A stretch of 64,000 bases of DNA, taken from positions 608,001-672,000 of the forward strand of contig CAWFFN010000012.1 of the NCBI GenBank assembly GCA_963815115.1, in the 5' to 3' direction. The stretch is from an uncultured delta proteobacterium. GTDB taxonomy: Bacteria; Desulfobacterota; Binatia; DP-6. A program made the position numbers and the translations under genes. Positions 58,062 through 64,000 of this stretch are shown here, one piece after another. The notes under the pieces are model-generated. The model made no database searches, was not told the origin of the DNA, and worked only from the letters and a program-made list of their open reading frames with translations. Each line of letters starts with the position of its first letter. Positions within the stretch are counted from its first letter, which is position 1.

Positions 58062-59060
58062 ATGCTCCGGGCGCGCTTCTTCGACGGCAGGACCTCGCGG
58101 GAGCGGCAGGTGGCGCTGCGCCGCGAGGGAGACGTCCTGCGCCTCGACGGCGAGCACGTGCCGTTCGCCGTCCCGCTGCGCCAGCTCGAAGTCGGTGAAG
58201 CGACGGGGCACGGGGGGCGGATGCTGGTGCTGCCGGATGGTGCTCGCTGCGAGGTCGATGCCGGTCCGGAGCTCGAGCGCTTCCTCGCCGTCATCGGGCA
58301 CCGCGACGGGCGCGTCGCACGCTGGCAGGCCCGGTGGAGCGTCGTCGTGGGGGCGCTGCTCGTCGGCGGCGTCGTGCTCGTCGCGGGATACCGCGTCGGG
58401 CTTCCCTGGCTGGCGGAACGCCTGGCGCGCAAGGTGCCCGGGCGATGGGTGCAGGTTCTCGGGACGCACACGCTGGCCACGCTCGACCGCACCGTGTTCC
58501 AGCCGTCGCAGCTCGCGCCCGAGCGCCTGAAGCACTTGAGGACGCTGGAGGCGGGATTGCGGGACCCGGCGGGCGAGCTGCCGCCGCATGCGCTCGTGCT
58601 CCGCGACTGTCCCGCCCTCGGCGCCAACGCCTTCGCGCTGCCCGGCGGGGACGTCGTCGTCACCGATGCCCTGGCCGACATCGCCAGCGACGACGAGCTG
58701 CTCGGGGCGCTCGCGCACGAGCTCGGTCACCTGCACGCACGGCACGCGTTGCGGCAGCTGATCCAGTCGTCGGCGGTGGCGGCGGTCGCGGCGTACTGGT
58801 TCGGCGACGTCAGCGGGCTCGCGGCCGGTGTGTCGGCGAGCCTGCTGCAGGCCAAGTACTCGCGCGACTTCGAGATCGAGGCCGACGCCTACGCGGCCCG
58901 GGTGCTGCGGGCCAGCGGGCACAGCACCCGCGGGCTCGCGAAGCTCCTGGCCCGGCTCGAACGCCTCTCCGGGTCGGCGGACAGCCCGCCCGACGCCGCC
59001 GCCTACCTGTCGTCACATCCGCCCACCGCCGAGCGCATCAGGCGGCTGCGCGCCTCATGA
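58062..59060 (+). CDS. M48 family zinc metallopeptidase (usual YjgN partner)
   Basis: NAFALPGG, AHELGH, SRDFEIEAD and SSHPPTAERI motifs. Confidence 0.93.
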   Translation: MLRARFFDGRTSRERQVALRREGDVLRLDGEHVPFAVPLRQLEVGEATGHGGRMLVLPDGARCEVDAGPELERFLAVIGHRDGRVARWQARWSVVVGALLVGGVVLVAGYRVGLPWLAERLARKVPGRWVQVLGTHTLATLDRTVFQPSQLAPERLKHLRTLEAGLRDPAGELPPHALVLRDCPALGANAFALPGGDVVVTDALADIASDDELLGALAHELGHLHARHALRQLIQSSAVAAVAAYWFGDVSGLAAGVSASLLQAKYSRDFEIEADAYAARVLRASGHSTRGLAKLLARLERLSGSADSPPDAAAYLSSHPPTAERIRRLRAS

Positions 59061-59125
59061 GCCGGGAGTCCGTCGACGCCCCGCCAGGCTGGCGTTTCCG
59101 GGCCGCCGCGTCTATCCCACGATCC

Positions 59126-59893
59126 ATGCCGAGTCCCACGCCCGAGACCGTCCTCCTGGAGCGCGACGACGCCGTTCTCCTGATCACCTTCAACCGACCC
59201 GCACGGCGCAACGCCCTCGACCGGCGGATGTGGCGCGAGCTGCGGGAGGCCTTCGTCGATGCGCAGGACGACGCGGCCGTGCACGTCGTGGTGGTCACGG
59301 GGAGCGGGAGCGCGTTCTCCGCCGGGCAGGACCTGAGCGAGATGTCGGGCGAGGACGATCCCGGGTTCGGCGCCTTCATGGATTGCCTGTGCCGGTTCGA
59401 CAAGCCGCTGCTGGCGGCGGTGAACGGCGTGGGCGTCGGGTTCGGCCTCACGCTCCTGCTCCACTGCGACGTCGTCTACATCGCCGAGGGGGCGCGCCTG
59501 CGCCCGCCGTTCGTCACGCTCGGCGTCGTGCCCGAGGCGGCCAGCAGCCATCTCCTGCCCGCGATCATCGGCTGGCAGCGCGCGGCCGAAGCGCTCTTCA
59601 CCGCCGACTGGATCGACGCCGGACGCGCCGTCGAGCTGGGCATCGCGAGCCGTCTCTGCCGTCCCGACGAGCTGCTGCCCGCCCTGCGAGCCGTCGCCGA
59701 GCGTATCGCGCGCCAGCCCCCGCAGGCGGTGCGGCACACCAAGCGGCTCATGATGGCGACGCGCGCCGAGGGGATCCGCGCCGCGCGGGCGCGCGAGGAC
59801 GAGGCCTTCGCGGAGCGTGTGGGCACAGCGGAGAACCTGGAGGCGATCGCCGCCTTCTTCGAGAAGCGCGCGCCCGATTTCTCCCGACGCTGA
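59126..59893 (+). CDS. Enoyl-CoA hydratase/isomerase family protein
   Basis: FNRPARRNA, AFSAGQDL, AAVNGVGVG and LGVVPEAASS motifs. An alternative coupled start lies at 59057. Confidence 0.92.
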   Translation: MPSPTPETVLLERDDAVLLITFNRPARRNALDRRMWRELREAFVDAQDDAAVHVVVVTGSGSAFSAGQDLSEMSGEDDPGFGAFMDCLCRFDKPLLAAVNGVGVGFGLTLLLHCDVVYIAEGARLRPPFVTLGVVPEAASSHLLPAIIGWQRAAEALFTADWIDAGRAVELGIASRLCRPDELLPALRAVAERIARQPPQAVRHTKRLMMATRAEGIRAARAREDEAFAERVGTAENLEAIAAFFEKRAPDFSRR

Positions 59894-59925
59894 GCGCCGG
59901 TTGTCGCGGCCGGACGTTCCGCGCT

Positions 59926-60636
59926 ATGGCCGCCGGCATGCCCAAGGCTGCTCCGCCGGCGCGCTTCGAGGGCTTCGCCGACCGCGACGCGCGGTTCTTC
60001 CGGGCCCTGGCACGCAATCAGCGCCGGGAGTGGTTCGAGGCGCACCGCGAGGAGTACGAGAAGGGCTGGCTGGCGCCCATGAAGGCGCTCCTGTCCCAGG
60101 TCCGCGAGCGGGTCGAGGGCGTGTTCCCGCTCGAGCCGCTGGCGGTGAAGGTCTTTCGCATCCATCGCGACGTGCGCTTCTCGAAGGACAAGTCGCCCTA
60201 CAAGACGCACATCGGCGGCTACGTGGCGACCGAGGGCGATCGCTCGGGACCGTCCGCGACGGCGGTGCTCTATTTTCACGTCGGCGCCAAGGAGCTCTTC
60301 GTCGCCTCCGGCCAGTACATGATGGACGGCCCGCAGCTGGCGCGCTTCCGGGCGGCGCTCCTCGACGAGCGCTCGGGCGGCGAGCTGACGGCGATCCTGA
60401 AGAAGCTGACGCGCGCCGGATTCGGCATCGGCTCGCACGATGCGCTCCAGCGCGTGCCGCGCGGCATCGACCCCGACCATCCGCGCGCCGACCTGCTGAA
60501 GCGCAAGGGGCTCATCGTCTCCTTTCCCGAGCCGCCGCGCGCGCTCCTCGTCCGCCCGACCCTCGTCGACTGGCTGGTACGGCACACGAAGCGCGCCGCG
60601 CCGCTGGTCGAGTGGCTCGGGTCGCTGAGCGACTGA
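59926..60636 (+). CDS. DUF2461 family protein
   Basis: NQRREWF, FRIHRDVRFSKDKSPYKT and VPRG...DHP..DLLKRK motifs. Confidence 0.92.
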   Translation: MAAGMPKAAPPARFEGFADRDARFFRALARNQRREWFEAHREEYEKGWLAPMKALLSQVRERVEGVFPLEPLAVKVFRIHRDVRFSKDKSPYKTHIGGYVATEGDRSGPSATAVLYFHVGAKELFVASGQYMMDGPQLARFRAALLDERSGGELTAILKKLTRAGFGIGSHDALQRVPRGIDPDHPRADLLKRKGLIVSFPEPPRALLVRPTLVDWLVRHTKRAAPLVEWLGSLSD

Positions 60637-60707
60637 ACGACCGCCCGCCGCGCGCCCGTGGCGACGACGGAATCACCCTGGTAAGGTCCGCCGCCGGAGG
60701 ATCCCGC

Positions 60708-61847
60708 ATGCTCGGCTTCACCCTGAACGAGGAGCAGGAGGCGTTTCGCCTCGCCGTCCGCGGCTTCGCCGAGCGCTCGCTCGCGCCGCGCGTCGAGGAG
60801 CTCGAGCGCAGCGAGACCTTTCCGCTGGACCTGTTCCGCGAGCTCGGCCGGCTCGGCTACCTCGGGGTCGGCTATCCGGAGGAATACGGCGGGAGCGGCG
60901 GTGACATGGTGATGCGCTGCCTGCTCATCGAGGAGATCGCGCGCGTCAACTGCGGCTTCGCCGCCGCGCTGCTCGCCCACGTTGGCCTCGGCTGCATTCC
61001 GCTGCTGCGCTTCGGCACGGAGGAGCAGAAGCGCGAGTTCCTGGTGCCGGCGCTGCGCGGCGACAAGCTCGGCTGCTGGGGGCTCTCCGAACCCAACGCG
61101 GGCTCCGATGCGGCCTCGATCCGCACCACGGCGGAGCGCCACGGCGACCAGTACGTGATCAACGGCTCCAAGATGTTCATCACCAACGGCAACATCGCCG
61201 ACTACTGCCTCATCGCCGCCTACACCGACCGCACCAAGCGCGGCACCGGGATCAGCACGTTCGTGGTGGATACCAAGACGGCGGGGTTCCACGTCTCGCG
61301 GAAGCTCAGGAAGACCGGGCATCACACCTCCGAGACGGCCGCGCTGACCTTCGAGGACCTGCGCGTGCCGGCGACGGCGCTGCTCGGCGGTGTCGAGGGC
61401 GGGTTCAAGCAGGTGACCGGCACGCTCGAAGGCGGCCGCATCACGCATGCGGCGCGCTCCGTCGGTGTGAGCCAGGCCGCCCTCGAGGCGGCGCTCGGGT
61501 ACGCCCGCGAGCGCGAGCAGTTCGGCCAGAAGATCGCCAAGTTCCAGGCCATCAAGTTCAAGCTGGCCCGGATGGGCATGGAGGTCGAGACCGCCCGGAC
61601 GGCGATGTGGCGTGCGGCATGGCTCTTCGACCGCGGTCCCTGCATGCGCGAAGCCGCCATGGCGAAGCTCTTCGCCTCCGAGGTGGCGCAGCGGGTCACC
61701 TGGGAAGCGATGCAGATCCACGGCGGCTACGGCTACATCACGGAGTTCCCGGTCGAGCGTTACTGGCGCGATGCGCGGCTGATGACGATCACGGAGGGGA
61801 CGACGGAGATCCAGCTCACGATCATCGCGCGCGAGCTGGGGCTGTAG
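60708..61847 (+). CDS. Acyl-CoA dehydrogenase
   Basis: GGAGG RBS; LSEPNAGSD, NGSKMFITNG, REQFG, QIHGGYG and EGTTEIQ motifs. Confidence 0.95.
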   Translation: MLGFTLNEEQEAFRLAVRGFAERSLAPRVEELERSETFPLDLFRELGRLGYLGVGYPEEYGGSGGDMVMRCLLIEEIARVNCGFAAALLAHVGLGCIPLLRFGTEEQKREFLVPALRGDKLGCWGLSEPNAGSDAASIRTTAERHGDQYVINGSKMFITNGNIADYCLIAAYTDRTKRGTGISTFVVDTKTAGFHVSRKLRKTGHHTSETAALTFEDLRVPATALLGGVEGGFKQVTGTLEGGRITHAARSVGVSQAALEAALGYAREREQFGQKIAKFQAIKFKLARMGMEVETARTAMWRAAWLFDRGPCMREAAMAKLFASEVAQRVTWEAMQIHGGYGYITEFPVERYWRDARLMTITEGTTEIQLTIIARELGL

Positions 61848-61848
61848 C

Positions 61849-62544
61849 TTGCGACCGACCGTCGTCCTCTTCGACGTCGACGGCACGCTGCTGTCTGCCG
61901 GCGGCGCGGGCCGCCGCGCGCTGGAGCGTGCCTTCGCGGCCCACTGCGGGACGTCGGCCCCGCTGCACGACCTGCGCTTCAACGGCATGACCGACCCCGG
62001 CATCGTGCGCGCGGGGCTGGAGCAGCTCGGGCAGCCCGTCGAGCCGCAGCTGGTGGCGGCGATCCTCGCGGACTACGTCGGCCTGCTCGGTGACGAGCTG
62101 GCGCGGACGGCGGGCTTCGCGGTGCACGCCGGAGTGACCGCGATCCTCGACCAGCTCGCCGGCCGGAGCCAGGTGGCGGTCGGCCTCGGCACCGGGAACC
62201 TGCGCGACGGTGCGCGCCTGAAGCTCGCGCGCGCCGGCCTCGCGGCGTACTTCGCTTTCGGCGGCTTCGGCAGCGACCACGAGGATCGCGCCGAGCTCCT
62301 CCGCATCGGCGCGGCGCGGGGGGTGGCCCGGCTGGGGGCGCCCGCCGGGTGCTGCCGCATCGTGGTGGTCGGCGACACGCCGCTCGACGTCGCCGCGGCG
62401 GCGGCCATCGGCGCCGCGTCGCTCGGCGTCGCGACCGGCGGCTGCACGGCCGACGTGCTCCGCGCCGCCGGCGCCACCTGGGCAGTCGAGGACCTGACCG
62501 CGCCCGGCGCACGCGCAGCGCTCTGGGAAGGAGAGACGGCATGA
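61849..62544 (+). CDS. HAD-superfamily hydrolase
   Basis: LFDVDGTL, TGN and VGDTPLD motifs; TTG start directly after the previous stop. Confidence 0.9.
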   Translation: MRPTVVLFDVDGTLLSAGGAGRRALERAFAAHCGTSAPLHDLRFNGMTDPGIVRAGLEQLGQPVEPQLVAAILADYVGLLGDELARTAGFAVHAGVTAILDQLAGRSQVAVGLGTGNLRDGARLKLARAGLAAYFAFGGFGSDHEDRAELLRIGAARGVARLGAPAGCCRIVVVGDTPLDVAAAAAIGAASLGVATGGCTADVLRAAGATWAVEDLTAPGARAALWEGETA

Positions 62545-64000
62545 GACGGGTGATCGGACGCGATCCTCGCCACCATCGGCGCCGTGGTCGTCGGGGTGGC
62601 GGTGCTGGGGGCCGGCGCGCGGCTCCTCTGGCGCGGGCATCTGCCGGCACGCACGATCGTCGAGATCGACCTCGACCAGCCGCTGGCGGAGTTCGTGCCC
62701 GACGATCCGCTGGCCGGCCTGCTGCGCGGGCGCCGGCCCCGGCTGCGCGACGTGCTCGACGGGCTCCAGCGCGCGGCCTCGGACGACCACGTGCTCGCCC
62801 TCGTCGGCCACATCAGCACCGGGGCGGCCGGGCTCGGGCAGATACAGGAGCTGCGGGACGCGGTGGTCTCGTTTCGCGCCAGCGGAAAGCGAACGGTCGC
62901 GTTCGGCGAGGCCTTCGGCGAGTCCGGGCCCGGCAACGGGGCGTACTACCTCGCCACCGCCTTCGACGAGATCTACCTGCAGCCGTCGGGCGACGTCGGC
63001 CTCACCGGGATCCTGGCCGAGTCGCCGTTCGTGAAGGGCACGCTCGACAAGCTCGGGATCGTGCCCCGCTTCGGCGCGCGCGGCGAGTACAAGACGGCCG
63101 TGAACATGTTCACGGAGCGCCATTTCACGGAGAAGCACCGCGCGGCGACCTCGCGCATCGTGGCGTCGCAGTTCGGGCAGATCGTGCAGGGCATCAGCTC
63201 GGCACGGAAGCTGCCGGAGGCCGACGTGCGCGCGATCGTGGACCGCGCGCCGCTGTCGGCGCAGCAGGCGCTCGAGGCTCATCTCGTCGACGGGCTCGCG
63301 TACCGCGACGAGGTCTACGCCAAGCTCGAGGGCGGCGGCGAGAAGCCGACCCGGCTGCCGCTGCTGCGCTACCTCGGGCGCGCCGGGCCGCCGCCCGAGA
63401 ACGGCGACACGGTGGCGCTGATCCACGGCGTGGGAACGGTCCAGCGCGGCAAGAGCGGCATCGACCCCCTGTCGGGGGACGTGAGCATGGGCAGCGAGAC
63501 CGTCTCGGCGGCGTTTCGCAGCGCCGTCGACGACTCGGACGTGAAGGCGATCCTGTTCCGCATCGACAGCCCCGGCGGGTCCTACGTCGCCTCCGATACC
63601 ATCTGGCGCGAGGTGTCCAGGGCGCGAGCCGCCGGCAAGCCGGTGGTCGTCTCCATGGGCAACGTCGCCGCCTCCGGCGGCTACTTCGTCGCCATGCCGG
63701 CCGACCGGATCGTGGCGCAGCCCGGCACGATCACCGGCTCGATCGGCGTCTTCTCGGGCAAGATGATCCTCCCGGCCTTCTGGGAGAAGCTCGGCGTCAC
63801 GTGGGACGAGGTGCACACCGGCACCAACGCGACGATGTGGTCCAGCCTGAGCGACTTCAGCCCCAGCGAGCGCGCGCGCTTCGACGCCGAGCTCGATCGC
63901 GTCTACGCCGACTTCACCAGCAAGGCCGCCGAGGGCCGGAAGCTGCCGAAGGAGCGCGTGCTCGAGATCGCGCAGGGCCGGGTGTGGACCGGGGAGGACG
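62541..64000 (+). CDS. sppA: Signal peptide peptidase SppA (long form), truncated by the window end; +1 frameshift near 62558
   Basis: YYLATAFDEIYLQPSG, GEYKTA, FRIDSPGGS, SMGNVAASGGY, TITGSIGV and QGRVWTG motifs. AAGGAG RBS and ATGA overlap at 62541, but that ATG is one frame off the body. Confidence 0.9.
   Translation, partial: MRRVIGRDPRHHRRRGRRGGGAGGRRAAPLARASAGTHDRRDRPRPAAGGVRARRSAGRPAARAPAPAARRARRAPARGLGRPRARPRRPHQHRGGRARADTGAAGRGGLVSRQRKANGRVRRGLRRVRARQRGVLPRHRLRRDLPAAVGRRRPHRDPGRVAVREGHARQARDRAPLRRARRVQDGREHVHGAPFHGEAPRGDLAHRGVAVRADRAGHQLGTEAAGGRRARDRGPRAAVGAAGARGSSRRRARVPRRGLRQARGRRREADPAAAAALPRARRAAARERRHGGADPRRGNGPARQERHRPPVGGREHGQRDRLGGVSQRRRRLGREGDPVPHRQPRRVLRRLRYHLARGVQGASRRQAGGRLHGQRRRLRRLLRRHAGRPDRGAARHDHRLDRRLLGQDDPPGLLGEARRHVGRGAHRHQRDDVVQPERLQPQRARALRRRARSRLRRLHQQGRRGPEAAEGARARDRAGPGVDRGG

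Overview
A 64-kb, very GC-rich bacterial chromosomal segment with about 49 CDSs or CDS remnants and no rRNA, tRNA, CRISPR array or transposase that I can recognise. The many secreted Cys-rich proteins with poly-Thr linkers and the lipid/acyl-CoA enzymes suggest a deltaproteobacterium-like soil organism, possibly Candidatus Binatia (inference). The left third is rich in exported proteins: a tandem paralog pair, a sulfatase, a GSDH-PKD protein, a 1386-aa diheme protein and a DHOR-family cytochrome. The rest is mostly housekeeping and metabolic genes (aroD, asnS, amtB, ArsC, diadenylate cyclase, acyl-CoA dehydrogenases, thiolase, PilT-like ATPase, a two-component pair, SppA). Most notable: (1) a translationally coupled operon encoding an atypical GTP cyclohydrolase II (conserved Tyr replaced, second degenerate domain) followed by an SIS-creatininase fusion, a candidate undescribed GTP-derived metabolite or cofactor pathway; (2) a duplicated 310-400 nt structured 5' leader whose two copies differ by a precise 90-nt hairpin; (3) a small ORF upstream of amtB resembling the Amt C-terminal tail; (4) a ~300-bp palindromic non-autonomous repeat element with two full copies and one solo end. 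Several single-base frameshifts are probably assembly errors. All family calls come from motif recognition by eye; no database search was run.
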